A DNA stretch of 64,000 bases from contig DF237006.1 of assembly GCA_000708835.1 (NCBI GenBank), positions 193,817 to 257,816 of the forward strand, written 5' to 3'. The notes under the pieces were generated by a model. The model was given only the letters and a program-made list of their open reading frames with translations, was not told where the DNA came from and did no database searches. Origin of the DNA: Klebsormidium nitens. Taxonomy: Eukaryota > Plantae > Klebsormidiophyceae. This document shows positions 14,901 through 27,970 of the stretch, in pieces (position 1 is the first letter of the stretch; every line of letters begins with the position of its first letter). Position numbers and translations under genes: made by a program.

Positions 14901-17900
14901 CTGCAATCATCCGGAATCATGTGTTTCAACCTCCTTGAGATTCGTCCGTACGATCGTGATGGAGTTGCGAGCACCGGTCTGCAAGTGACCCGACGAGGTG
15001 GTCGAACCTCACCGTACTGTTGGTCGGATCCTCGGCCGCGGGGCCCGCCCACTCTCGAGGGATGTTGGGCGCTGCATAATCTACACGGCAAAGTTAGACT
15101 GGGCGGTACAGATATTCTCTGACTAGAAGCTTACGACAACAGAGCAACCAAAGCCAAATTAGAGCAGGCGGCAGAACTGTGTTTTGACTGAGGGCTTACG
15201 AACCACAGCGATCGGACACTTTGTCGCGTGCACAAAAGAAGCTTGACGGGGAAAGTCTTGGACAAGCGTCTCTTGTGTGGTCCTCGAGGCACTCTTGCCA
15301 GCTGGACCCCAAATAACAGTACTGGGTTCATCGACCAAAAGCGGAACTGATTCCCAGGGTTATCCCAAAGAGTCTTCGTCCCTGCAAAGCTTTTGCCACC
15401 ATTGAATTATTCCAGTCCGTCCGCTTCTCACCTTGCGCGTCCCGCGCCTTCCTCGGCGCGGCCGGACTTATGCGCATTGGCCGGTTCAGGCATAGCTCCC
15501 CTGCACAGAATGTCAGCAGTCAGACAAGAAAGCCTACCAACAAATTTGCAATTGACTGGTGGCGCAGAGGAGGATCTCCCAAAGCCGAGATCTCTGACAT
15601 TCCAGCCGATCAGTAACAGCAACAGAACGTTCAAAGGATTATTGCAAAAGTTTCGACTGTGGGCGTTTCGAAGATGGCCTACATTAGAAGGTCGACAGAG
15701 TTAGCGCTCTCGAGCACGCGAAAAGAGCGCAAACTCGCAAAGCCCTCTACGGTCGCACAAGAGCAGATAACAACGAGCACTTTCCAAGATCCCTGCAACC
15801 CACATGTCTCTTTCCGTCCTGGAGTATCGTGTGTAAGACGGCGTTAGCAATCTGAAGAGAAGACCGTTTTTGCATCATTCCTGAAGACAAGGGCATATTT
15901 GTCTGGAGTCTGAAGATGAGAGTATATTTGTCCAAAGCCTGGAAGGAGGTGTAGGCCTGATTTTGGAGAGACAAGGGTAGATTCGCCTAGGTTCTGAAAA
16001 AGAGGGTATTCTCCCGATTTCAGACGAGGATATAATATTCGCCTAGGTTTTTAGAGAGGATGATGTTATTCGCCTGCAATCTGAAGGTGAGGGAGCATGA
16101 ATATCACCCGCCCACCGCTCACCTTGCATCTCGTGCATGGCCCGCTCCTTTTCTGCCTCGTCCGTGAAGCGGACGAAGCCGTACCCCTTCGAGCGGTTGG
16201 TCTGCGGGTCCACCACGATCTGTATACCAGCAGATCGTAAGCAGGGATCCATGTCCTTTCTCTATTACCGTACTGCTACGTATTTTCGGCAAAAAAATAA
16301 ATAATTATGGGTCCTGCCGAATTCCGCTGGAAAATATTTGGAGCGTTAATGGTCGATAACGGAATTTTTAGCAGGTAACACTAGGTCTGCCGAAAAGATA
16401 GAAACTTTCATAATCAACTTTTTGGCGTCGAAGGCGCCGAAATCAAATAGCAGTACGGTATACAAGTGTCCACTTTCTTGCTTCCTTCGCGGGAGGTTTC
16501 TCGCCCAGAAGTTGATCCAAGGGAGAGGGCTCAACCAGCCATTTGTTACAAAGGCATATTGTAACGCTTGGCAAGAAAATTCGATGTGCCAGGAGAGGTG
16601 GACTTTCTGGGGTCTCCGCTGTTGCGAACCTGCCTGTGACCGGCAGGATATGCTCGAGGAGAGTCTACACTCGTTATTGAACGCGTCCAAACATCAATCC
16701 GTTCACACCTGCCCTTCTCCTTCCTTATTAATCCCACAGTTCCAACGGCCAAAGCAACGCAAAAGCTCATATATTCTGAGCTCCTCCAGTGTCGGAAACA
16801 AGATAAGGATGTAATGTGCCCCACCTTGGCGCTTTTCGCAGAGGTGTAGCGTGAGCGGAACGTGTCGAGCAGCGAGTAGTCCGTGACCTCGTGCGCCAGG
16901 TCACCCACGAACAGCGAGAACTCGGGGCCTGTCGGCTCCGGCTCCTGCCGGGACTCCCGATACCGCTTCACTGCGGAAACGGGAAATCAGAGTTGACTTA
17001 CGATAAGGTGCTTCCTAGAGGCGACAAAAAGCTGCTGCATGACCAAGAAGACCCGATTCGAGTCACTTTGTCAAAATGATTGTATGCAGAGCATGCGGAG
17101 GGGAAGTTGCGATTCAAGAGACGACAGACGTCAAGAACCGCTGGCAAGGAACCGAGTCGGAAGATGTTGAGGATTAGAGTTGCTGAACGAAAGAAACGTC
17201 CTTGGAGGCTCGACATTCACGGGGTAATGTTAAGGTGAAGGTGAATGGAGTTGGTACTTGCAAACGGAAAGTCAAGAAGCGCTTGTTCACCCCATTCAAA
17301 AAGCGGGGCGACAATCTCGTCAGGCGTCTTGAGATTCCAACAAGAGGACAGCAACATCTACTAAACTATTTTGACCACCTTTATATGTTACCGGGCCGAA
17401 CAAAGATCAAAGGTGGTAGCAATAAAGAGGGGTGTTTCTCCAAGCTTCAATTTTGGAAGCATCAGACCTGTCCCCAAGAGGTCAAATCTGCATGACACCG
17501 CAGAGATCGACGCCTACAGATCTTACGTTGGCAAATCTTCCTACCTCCGAGAAGGTGAGAGCTTACAAATGCAAAAACTGCCATCTTTACTGCCAAACCT
17601 GTAGCATCAGGTGACCTCCGTGAAAGGCCACATCAAAGGTCAAAGGACCTGTGAATCACAGCAAGCGCCTTTATCAGAAGAGGAGAGACTAGCTCACCTG
17701 GCTTCTCGTTCACCCCAAAGCTCGCCCAGTTCATTTTGTAGGCTACACACAGGGATAAGCGCGTGAGTCAGCTCCCATGAAGCAAGAAAGATGAAGTCTG
17801 ATCGAATCCTTGTGAAGGACCAGGATTGTCAAACGATTGACAAAAGATCTCTACCGCTACATTACCACATTGACGCTACATTAGTACATTCTCAAACCGG

Positions 17901-18867
17901 CAGGCAACGTAATCATACCCGGCCCCTCCAGATAAAACTTTGCCAATGGGAGATGGTCAGACTGCAGGCTGATGAGGTACAGCTCCTGACCTCCATGCTC
18001 AATCGCGCCTTTGTGAAACTCACTTTGTTCTGCATTGAGCATCTGCGCCCCGCTCCAGTTGTGGAGCACATACTCCGCCATGGCATGTGTTTGGAACTCC
18101 ACGAAAGCGTAACCTTCCGACTGCCCCGTTTGCTTGTTGCGGATCACCTTCACTATGACGGTCTGCAGCATCGGACGAAATAAAATTTTGAAACAACCAA
18201 GGACATGATAACACTCCTCTCGAGGTGTAAGCCAACAGACTATACTTTCAAAAGTCCTCCTATCGATTGACACAACCTGTTGGGAGGACTCAAGTGCTGG
18301 GCCGAGGAGGGGCCGGAAACAAGAATAGCAAGCGAGAGCGTCAAACAGAGACTAAAATTTTATCTGCACCAGAGCAAGAGCACTCAGCCCCAAGCAGCAC
18401 AGCTTGATTTTAAGAACCAAAAGTAAGCGAGCAACGCAGCAAGGAAAGCGCCTCACTGGGATTGCGCCAGCAACATGTGCCACCATGGTTTTCCTTGCGG
18501 CCAGATTAGATAGGTCACCAGATAGCTTTTGCAGCGGCTTCGTGTTTCCGGCCATTCATGAGCATGACACTGACGAAGACAAAGTACCAAGTGCGAAGAA
18601 CGTGATGATGCTGCAGCAATAGATCTAGGGCCGCCTGTGGAGCTCGAAACAGCGCCGTCCAACCAGCAAAACACAACACTCGGGAAAGACCAACTACAGA
18701 CTTAGAAGAGGCCTCACCTCTCCAGATGCATTGAAGCAGCTGGCCAAGTATGCCTCGTCCATCCATAAGGCGAGGTCCCCGACCCACAGGGTTTTCGAGT
18801 CCTCCGGAATACCTGGAGGGGTTGACGGAGGGGCTGCGGTTGCAGCACCCCACCCTCCGTCTGCCAT
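11976..18867 (-). CDS. RBP47: RBP45/RBP47-family triple-RRM polyadenylate/U-rich RNA-binding protein, about 12 coding exons
   Basis: RRM1 [21 protein letters not shown]...[20 protein letters not shown]; RRM2 [15 protein letters not shown]...[31 protein letters not shown]...RPMRISPA; RRM3 [23 protein letters not shown]...[13 protein letters not shown]; C-terminus [21 protein letters not shown], typical of the family. Confidence 0.92.
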
Positions 18868-19208
18868 GATTATTCCTGTTGCCAAATGATTACTTACAGT
18901 CTTCCGCCAGCACTTTATCTCCAGAAGTCTCTCTTAAGCTTGGATTGATCGCCTTTTCTCTTGCCTCTGAGCAAGAAAGCACGAAGAATCAATGGCGCCC
19001 TTCCTGTTCGATCTCTTAAAAGTTGTATGTCAATGTCGTTGTACTAGGTAGCTTTTTGCTGGGCAGTGTTCGGCAGCAGCCAGTGCTAATGTTCAGCAAA
19101 CTTCGAAGTCTGATGAAAGCATTTGGTGTGAACCGGCCCCCTGGCTGCTAACGGTTGACCTGTCGATCTGCCGTTCTCGCAGCTTTCGGGGCAAAGTTGA
19201 AACACCAA

Positions 19209-19668
19209 GGGTACTGTCACTTTGAAGTGGCACCCCCTTACGTATTATGTGGAGGGGGGGGGGCTTGGCTTGCTTCGGCCAACCGAAGGCGGGGAGGGGG
19301 GGGGCTTGAGGCCTTTACCTTGGTCAAAGCCCCAGCCGGATTTCAGCTGGAAAACATGCTTTTTCATGCTAATTTACCATCATTTATCCCACGGGTCAGA
19401 GTTTGTAGACCATAAATGTACCAAAGAAGCACTTTTCAACTTAAAAAAGGGGCGAAATTATGCATACGATAGTGCGTATATCTAAAAATACTGCTCGGGT
19501 GGTGGCAATATGGACCGGGGCCTTGACCTTTTTTGTGAAGACNNNNNNNNNNNNNNNNNNNNNNNNNNNNNNNNNNNNNNNNNNNNNNNNNNNNNNNNNN
19601 NNNNNNNNNNNNNNNNNNNNNNNNNNNNNNNNNNNNNNNNNNNNNNNNACTTCAAAGTGACGGTACCC
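19209..19668. mobile_element. Non-autonomous TIR element (MITE), PIF/Harbinger-like, about 460 bp including an assembly gap
   Basis: Left end gggtactgtcactttgaagt (19209-19228) and right end acttcaaagtgacggtaccc (19649-19668) are 19/20 inverted-identical, and both are flanked by a 3-bp direct repeat CAA (19206-19208, 19669-19671). No transposase ORF. The superfamily is inferred from the 3-bp TSD and GGG termini. Confidence 0.72.
19543..19648. other. Assembly gap (106 N)
   Basis: Run of N bases inside the MITE, abutting its right TIR. Confidence 1.
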
Positions 19669-19870
19669 CAAGAACCACAAAACCACGCCGGTACCAGGGG
19701 CTTGCAGCGAGCCGGTTCTCACAGATGCGCCGCTCTTGGCCCTGTTCACACCGTGCCTTTTTGAGGGAAGAATGTTCTGCTTGCTTGGCGATGGCGTCTG
19801 ACTCTAAGGCAAAGCAGGTGGCCCACACGCGACAGCGCTGAAGGTGGTTTGTTGCGCATCCGCTGCCAAC

Positions 19871-21827
19871 ATGGCAATGCGCCTGCTCAGCCCAGGTGCA
19901 AGTGGGGCTTTGAAAAGCTTCTTCGCGCGTGTGCTGCCGGTAGAGGCTGCGCAGATGATCACACGGCCCCTCTCCTTTGAACCCATGAAAAGTATCGGTG
20001 AGGGGCAGGAGGCGCCTGCTCGTTCTTGCGCAAGCCCATGTGTAGGCCATGGATCAGAGAGGGATGTACGACAGGCGGCTGAGCAAGTTTTGGAACCAAG
20101 TGCTTGTGACGTCTTTGGCTCAGGAGTCCTCAGCGCAGTGTACGCAGATTCCGTTTTCAGGCTCGCAGCAGATCGCACCAGTCAAACCTGGAGCTTACCA
20201 CCTCATGCCTTGACAAGTCACACGCCTCTAAGTGACTGCTTGCATTTGGGCTTGGCTGGTCGAAGTTTAGGGAGTTCGTTGCACAACCATGCATCGCGAC
20301 TTTTTCACACGGCATTGCCTTTGCGAAGGGAGGGTTGGAGCAATTTGCAGGGAATCTGTGGAGTGCAGTGCGAGGTTTCTGGTCGGTGTGACCTGTCACA
20401 GAGCAGACTTGGCCCCGCTTATCAATTTGAGGTAGGCACGTCATTGCTGCTCGTCGTTTCTTCTTCATGTGACCAGACATAACAGCCGGAACCTTGCTTG
20501 CCATCAAGACCTGGATTCAGCACAGCATTTCGAGATTTGGGTACGTGCAATCATGGGAAGAGACACGTATACTCGCTTTTGGGCACTTGCATTTTATCAA
20601 TACCTTCTATCGCTCTTTATGAATCATTTACTACCATCGCCAATGGAGTTCAGACGTGTTCGGACTTTCGTAAAACCACCAGAGACTAACTCTATCTTAA
20701 GAACCTTCCGGCCAATCTTGCCCCTTCCAGTCTGAAGAGTCTTGTTCTCCGTCAGTCTGTTCCATGCCTTGGTTACTTCTAATGGCAACTTCATGTCTTG
20801 TTTGCCCCAGGTTAGCCGCAGCTTCGCAACAAAAACGAAGAAGTACAAGATCAAGAGCTACTCGTGAGGCCGACTAACGCAAATCTTGCCGCTTCTAGCC
20901 AATTTCAGTGCCGGCCACCGACGCTTGAAAGCAGATTGATAATGCTTGCGACAGTCTGCAAATCTGGATCAGTTACTGCCCTGATCATTTGACATTAGGG
21001 GCCAGATACAGCCCTTTCTTGCCTTTAATCACCATCATTTGGAGACCATTTAGGCCTGCATTTGACCATTTGTCCTCCTATGGCCAGATCGTACAAGCAG
21101 CGCTTTTGGTCCATGCGTGACGGGGGGTTTAAGAGGATGAAGGCTGGCAAGCGGCACAACGCTTCAGCAAAAGTGAGTTGGGTTTCAGTGGTCAAGACAT
21201 GCCCAGCATTCCCTTGCAAGAGTTTGAAAGTATGGTAAATCAAGACTACTTCCCCATACGACTTTCTCAACTGGTTTTTGGGATGAAACTTGAGATCGTC
21301 CTGGGGGCATAGATCTGGTATGACATCCCAACGACAAACATGGATCCTCTGTGCATCATACCTCTTTGATTTTGATTCTGGTTCATTTTCATTTTAACAG
21401 CAGCCGCGAGCAGTACGAACTTGTTGAAACGACGAATCCGTAGTTTGATATGAGAGTCTGATGTGCTTTGTAACACGTGAGCCTGAGTTGAATGTACTGC
21501 AAGAATTATCGTTGTAAAGAAACTTTGCAACAGGGATCTGACAGATTGCTCTGTGTGCAAAGACGGGGAAATACTACGTAAGTGTTGTGCCTCTTGGCCC
21601 TTGCGGCAGACAGGAAGCTGAATTAGAATCTTGTATCGGAGTGATTGTTTGGCCAGCCATGAACCTCGGGTGCTTTGGAAGTTCAGCCTCGAACGAAGTG
21701 CAACTCAAGCCGTATTTTGCTCTTTTTCCTGCAGACCAAGAAGCAGCTGCGGCGGTTAAGAACGCCAACAACGACCCCTCCAGCACTCGCCAAAGTAATG
21801 AGGCAGCTTGGCTTTCAAGGGCGGTAG
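19871..21827 (+). CDS. bL35m: Mitochondrial-type ribosomal protein bL35 with long N-terminal targeting region; exons 19871-20431 (tentative), 20811-20863, 21088-21172, 21735-21827
   Basis: The last three exons splice in phase to VSRSFATKTKKYKIKSYSSYKQRFWSMRDGGFKRMKAGKRHNASAKTKKQLRRLRTPTTTPPALAKVMRQLGFQGR*, the plant mitochondrial L35 pattern (K-x-K-S-Y-S-S-Y-K-x-R-F ... G-K-R-H-N-A ... A-K-V-M). The start codon and first exon are less certain. Confidence 0.87.
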
Positions 21828-22483
21828 CATGATGGGCGCTTCTTTAAATCGACTTCGAGTTTGAAGTGGGTGCCTAAGGTCTGCTGCAAAGACGGCTGAA
21901 TCAGTGACTATCTGCATTTGACGGTCCGACCAGGAAAACCTGTAATTGAACGGTTCGGTGAGCAGAGCTGTCGAATGGTCGCTTCGCTCACATGTTGGTG
22001 CGTACAATTTCTGGTCGAGCCTCGGCACTTTGTCTACTTGTATGATATGACGACTTTTCAGACTGCGTCGAAAGCAAGCGCACATGCATGATAATGATGC
22101 CACGAACATGTGCTCATGTTTGTCATACCTAGGCAATCACCTTTAGAGCCCGGAGATGTTACATGCAGCTAGCTTGCTAGACTGCCCCAGGGCCCATGCA
22201 ACGCAACAGTATACTGAGCTATCATGCAATATATGCATCCGATCAAGTGCTATATGGTCGATCGTGGAGTTGCAGATTATCAAGTCGATTGCACGTCGCG
22301 AACCCACAATTCATGTGCAATACCATGCATGTGATGGGCGCTTGGGCCATTGCAGCGCGGCTCTGGCTGCCACGTACTTGAGTCGACAGTTTTACAAGAC
22401 GGACAAGTCTAGAGCAATTGTTGCGAGTACACAACGGCCGATCGGTTGATGTGATCGCTAGCTCGCATTAGCCATTAGGAGAC

Positions 22484-22625
22484 GTTGACAAACTAGGTAT
22501 GTACTAATGTAGCACACCAAGATTTGGGAGGGTAGCTAGGCGTTCAGAACTCAAAACATTTATTCCCATGTATGCCATGGAAGCCTATGGCCCATGTGGC
22601 TACGGCGTTTGAAAAGAGAACATCA
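22484..22625 (-). repeat. Dispersed repeat fragment, inverted partner of 5651-5794
   Basis: attcccatgtatgccatggaagcctatggcccatgtggctacggcgtttgaaaagagaacatca is the reverse complement of the 5651-5710 segment with few changes. Confidence 0.85.
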
Positions 22626-23462
22626 TCACCATTGCCTGCATATGTTGATATATCATATTGCAACTAACGCACGTCAACATCTGCGCATGGTCGCGGGGTC
22701 TATAGCCCCTTCAGTTCCCATGGTACCATCATGCATGGCAATGCGAAGTTGAAATGAATGATTTGTGGTAACGTCGGACCAGTTAACAATTCTGAAAAGG
22801 ACTTCGAATGGCGTGCACCCACGAAAGAGTGCCGCCGGATGCGGTTTCTATACTTCGAATCCCTGATTGTGGTCGTATCTGACAGTCTTCGTATCCGTTT
22901 TCAAAGGAGATATTCAGGTCGACAAGTAATCCTGCTTTAATAAGTTAACACGACCTTGCTGTTCCTAGTCTACTGCTATACAATTGCGTACTGTTGCAAA
23001 GAATAAAAGAATAGCAGTCCTATGAAGCAGGCAGTTCAACTAACCTAATCCTGTCTTTTCCGTATTATATACCTCTGATACCGTTCATAATCCACAGCAA
23101 GCAATATACACGCGCGATATAGATTCAATAAGGCACCAATAGCCCTCTTGCACCCGGCTCAGTCCTTCCTGTTCAACGACATCTATATTCGAAGGCAAAA
23201 GCCGCCAAATCGCGTTTTTCACACTCCTGAACCTGCGCGCGCGCTTTCAATTCCAGTCGTTATTTCTCCAGAACCGTTACTTTCACGGTCTCTTACCCCC
23301 CCACCCCTCTTTGACCGCCCCTTCGACAGCTCAAATCACCCCCTCACACACATACCCATTTCTACGCCCATCTCACCCAACCCCCTCGGCCCCGAAATCC
23401 CAACCCTGGCCCGACATTTGTGAAATACCCGTTTCTCTGCCCCTCCCGCTTCCCGGGTCCCC

Positions 23463-26400
23463 TTACCCAACCCACGTTCGGCACTCCGCCGTCAATCTGA
23501 GCGATATCCGCAAGAGCGACCTCATGAGGTCGTCCGCGGAGGGCCGCCACGCGGGGTGGGGTCCCAGCAGGCCTCCACCAGGTTCACCAGGTCCCCCCCG
23601 ATAAGGTACACCTCGGGGGGCCAGTCCAGGCGGCCGCCCGAAGCGTAGTGGTTATACATGTCCTGAAGAGGGATTAGAGCCTTGTTCAGAAAACTTGCTC
23701 CGAAGAGTCTGACGTAGGGGATTCGTAGACGGTCCGTGTAGGACTTCCACGACCAAAAGGAATGGCTTCCTGAAGTCAGAAACCCATCAATTGACTTTAC
23801 GGATCCAAGTGAGTCGCACAAAGAAACAAAATGTGTGCGGACAATTACAGAGGTTTTGCACTAGGTGAAGCAAAAAAAAAGGACGATAGGTGCTCTTTCC
23901 AACTCTTCCGTCGATCGAGCACCAAAAGACAACCGTCCGTTGCAACACAGCCCAAATATTTTCAGGGGCCTGGCCGACTACCGTCTACGTCAATGCACGG
24001 ATTACCAAAAGTTTACTTCAGGATCATGTCGTCCCGAGGAGTCGAGGAAAACCACCGGCAATTCTCGAATTTGGAAGAACGTGCGCTCACCCGGGTGTGG
24101 GAGAAGTCAGCCCAGGGGCGCTCCCCGGTGATGAGCCCGTGAATGACGACCCCGGTTGCGTAAACGTCCGACGCGAAGGTGTGCCGCCGCTGCCGTTACA
24201 CCTCCGCGGGGATGAAGCCCCGGGTGCCGCACTGAAAAATGGATTAAGACAGGGTTAGTGGTGGTTTGCAGGTTAGCAAGCAGTGGTTTTAGATGCGGGT
24301 CAGAGATGGTTGGGGATAGAAAGAGCATCCGGACGAGGTGGTTAGCGTTGCTTTTGAAATGAATCAGCAAGGGCTTCAACTGCTGGAAAAGGAAAACATG
24401 CCGTGCTCGAAACGAAAATAACAAGAAAAAGAGTTGAGCAAAGACTGGGCAACCAGATATCTAAAATCTCAGCAGATTCAACCACAACCACAAGAGGGTG
24501 ATTCTTTTCGGAAGGGTGTTTTCCAATACTCAGGTTCCACATTTCTGCCGAAGTTTCGGTCAATTCAGAAGTATCTTGCAACAAAACAAAGATAAAGAGA
24601 GGCATAAAACCTTACCGCCCCAGTCTGCGGCTCGTCAATGCGCCACGCCATGCCCAGGTCGATCAAGGTAGCGACCCCCTTCGCCACCCGGATATTCTCA
24701 TGCTTCAGGTCCCTGCAAACCGAAAACGAGCTGTAAGAAGGCAAACCAAGAAAGTTCTCGGATCTTTCTGGAAAGTCGAAGCAAATGCAGCAAGCCGTCA
24801 GACCTCCGACATGCTCGACCGTGCGCATTCAAAGCAGGATTGAAAGCGCAACGAGCAGCGTCATTGGGGCCACTTTACCTCTCCCGACAAAACAAACGCT
24901 GTCAGTTTCCAAACTTCCCACATTTAATTCCGTTCACCTTCAGATCTGACAAGCATATGCAGAAAACCATCAACGTCGAGCCATGTCAATTCTCATTCTT
25001 CAAGCCTTGTCGATTCTGCTTCTTCTACGAAAAAGCTCACCTGTGGACCACTCCCTCCCGGTGCATCGCGGCTACCCCGGTCGCCACCTGGTACGAGTAT
25101 GTCGTCACTCGAAGCAGCTCGGGGGGGGTGTACTGCACGGGGCCTCCAGCCTCCGCCCAGAGGGGGGGCGCCTCCGCCAGCGGGAAGACCAGGCCGAACT
25201 TCCCGTCGAGGAAAGTGTACCCGAGGACCTCGATAACGTTGGGGCAGCCTTGGCAGGCCATCAGGTTGTCGGCCTGCGGAGAAGGATGCGAAAATGTGTT
25301 AGATGTTCTTCACATCTGTTTGTTCTTCTTCCTTTGCCGGGGGGGGGGGACTAGATGCGCTGCAGCCGTTTGATGGTGGAGGCCTTCCAAGAACGAGAAC
25401 AGGCGAAATGCTCGGCCAATCGCCGCAGCGTTCGAACAAACTCGACATCAGCTTGGCACTTACTACAACTATCTAGTATTACAGAGATAGCTTCTCATGA
25501 TGGATTTAGATAATGGTCGAAGTCAGGAAGATGAAGACATTCATCTGTACAGGCGAACATGCCATCTGCCAAAAGATTTAAAAATGAAATATCTGGCGTC
25601 GCTTCTGGGGGAAAGGTACGGATTTCTGAAGGGCTCACCTCCTCGAACAGCTCCCTCGTGGTGTCCCTCCCCGGGAGAGGCCGGCGAACTTGGCGGCGGC
25701 CATGAAGCACTCGCCGTCGTCGTCGAAGCACATGGCCGACCAAACCTCCCCTTGACCCCCCTGCAAACGCGGGCAGACGAACAGCATGTGAGTTCCTTGA
25801 TAAGTGTTCCATGCAACGGGAATCTTGAGAGACCAAACTCACGGTTGAAATCATAAATGACCAGGGAATCCATTTGGCTGTACTGTATAATCGAGAGACG
25901 TTCAAAAACGGGGATTTGCGGGCTTTTTACACATTCGCCGAGGTGATGAGAAACGGCTCATGAGCGTTCGCAATCCACAGAGACTTGAATCGAGCACCAT
26001 CGAACGAACTCTGCTTCATTTAAAGGCCGTTTCATACAGTTATGGAAATGTAGTCTGAAAAATGTGAGATTAGCTGCTCACCTCCCCCAGGCAGTGCACC
26101 AGCGTAATGTTGCCGATGTACTTGAGCGTCCCCGCGGCCTGGACGGCTGCTGGGGAAGCAACCTGTCTGGCGCTGGCGGCAGAGATTGCCGCGGGGGTAG
26201 TGGCGGCCGATGTGCTTGGCTCCCCCTGCGAACAGGCACGAGAGAGGTCAGGCAGAGCCAAACACAGCATTGGTTGGCAACCATCTCTACAGTGTTTTCT
26301 CTCATTCTCAAGCATTTGTTGCGGGATGCAAGTGCCTAGAATGGTCAATCGTTGGGCTCTTCCTCATTTCGAACAAACATAACGTGCTCCAAACTTCCTA

Positions 26401-27970
26401 CAAAAAACAAGAAAAGGAATGGCCTTGGAACAACAATGACGTCATCAAAGCGGACAATTTCTCACCTGCATCCAGTCGCGCAGCAGCGCCGTGCCGGGCC
26501 CCCTGAACCACTCTGACCCAATCTCCTGCCCCCCCAAAGTCACCACGCTCCTGCTCTCCTCCAGTGCCATCAGCATAGAGCTGCGGTGTGCTCTGAACCC
26601 AGCTGACCGGGACTCCACATCAGCAAGGGGCACCGTGCTGACCTCTGTCCAAACATGCACTACTGAGTCCTGCGCTACGAGGTCCTGAGCTACGGGGACG
26701 GGCGGAACGACTGTGGGAGAGGAGCGCGGCGACCTAAGCTGACTAGCAGAGGAGGCGGGGCTAAAGTCGAAATCAGGATCTGAGGAGATCCCTCCGAACC
26801 CTGACGGGATCTGAGCGGGCGCAAACGCGTCCCCGCTGAAGATCGCCGCGTCCTCCGCTGTGGACACCTCGAAGGGCGCCTCCCCTGCCCTGTCGCTGTC
26901 CCCCTGGCTCTCATCGTGTGTGAGCTCGGGGCCGAAGGAAACCAGGGGGGCAGCGGATGGGGAGTCAGCGACCCCTGCGAGAGCCGAGGGTGCCGCCTGC
27001 ACGAAGGATGGACAGAGCAAGTTCATTGTCTGAATTCTGCAAGGCTGTCGATTTGTCAAGGAGGTTTCGTTCAGATTCAGTACCTATGTGACTTTCTTCA
27101 GATCGTTGAAATGTTTTGTTCAGGTTCATCTGCGGGTGCTTCAGAAGAGCGCTGAATCATTTGTACGATCTGGTAAATCTAGAAGCTTCACTGTTCACGT
27201 CATTGTTGACAATCCTCAATCAATTCAAGAGGCATTAGAACTCAGGAGCTAAGACTGAGACCTGAAGAAAGTCAGAAGTTGCTGGACCAATCATGCAACA
27301 AATCATGCAACAATAAACAATCACAATAAGATATTTGTCTCTTGAAATCACAAAAATGTTGAACAAAGCTCACCCCACCCTGATCTGCAACCTGTTGAGA
27401 AGGAACAGGCCATAACCCCCACATTCTGAACAGAACATCATCCTGAAACAGGTTCTGAAGTCTGCAACATTCACCACTCACCTGCTGGTCGGCATCCTCC
27501 TCAAAAAGTGCTCTGCCGCTCTCCTCCGGGCCCTCCTCCTGGGCCCGTCCCAGCTCCTCCTCCCTCTCCTCTCCCTCTCCCAAGGAATCCTCTACCCCCT
27601 CCTCCCGCTGAACAAACACCTCTCCCTCCTCCCCCCCAACAAACACCTCTCCCTCCTCCCCCCCAACAAACACTGCCCCCTCCTCTCCCCCAACAAATAC
27701 CACCCCCTCCTCCTCATCCCTCTCCTCTCCCCCCTCCAGAGACACCACCACTCCCTCCTCCCCACCGACAACCACAGCCCCCTCCTCCTCCCCGAGGAGA
27801 CCCTCCAGCGCCCCCATCAGCACCCCCCGCCCCATCTCAAACAGCAGCTCATCAAATGTGAGCTTCCTCCAGCTGCTGCAGAGGGGGTCCAGCCCTCCAG
27901 AAACGGCGCCCTGCGCCACATCAAACGCGGTGAGGCACGCGGCCTCCAAGAATCGAAAGACGCCCGCCAT
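23463..27970 (-). pseudogene. Acidic-N-terminus Ser/Thr kinase paralogue A, disrupted in the kinase domain; exons 27482-27970, 26466-26996, 26082-26225, 25639-25760, 25041-25273, 24616-24712, 24091-24231, 23463-23662
   Basis: Same 8-exon structure as 40134-44389, with LGE|GGQGEVW, HR|DLKHEN, DLG and CGTRGFIPAE motifs. Lesions: exon 4 is 122 nt versus 123 (frameshift); TAA at 24196-24198 where paralogues have TAC (EVY); exon 8 is 200 nt versus 201 (frameshift before WRPSADDLMRSLL). Confidence 0.9.
27596..27703 (-). repeat. Coding minisatellite, 4 x 27 bp (x-V-F-V-G-G-E-E-G) in exon 1 of kinase paralogue A
   Basis: aacaaa(c/t)ac recurs at 27611, 27638, 27665 and 27692 (period 27); translates VVFVGGEEG AVFVGGEEG EVFVGGEEG EVFVQREEG. 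Confidence 0.9.

Noticed and set aside
19789-21832. A 91-aa novel small protein assembled from MASDSKAKQ and other short exons ending NEAAWLSRAVA*
   Set aside because: The same exons read in another frame give an unmistakable mitochondrial bL35 once exon 21088-21172 is included.
27508-27861. 117-aa polyproline, extensin-like ORF on the plus strand
   Set aside because: It is the antisense reading of the GAG/GGG-rich acidic exon 1 of kinase A. It has no signal peptide or independent support.
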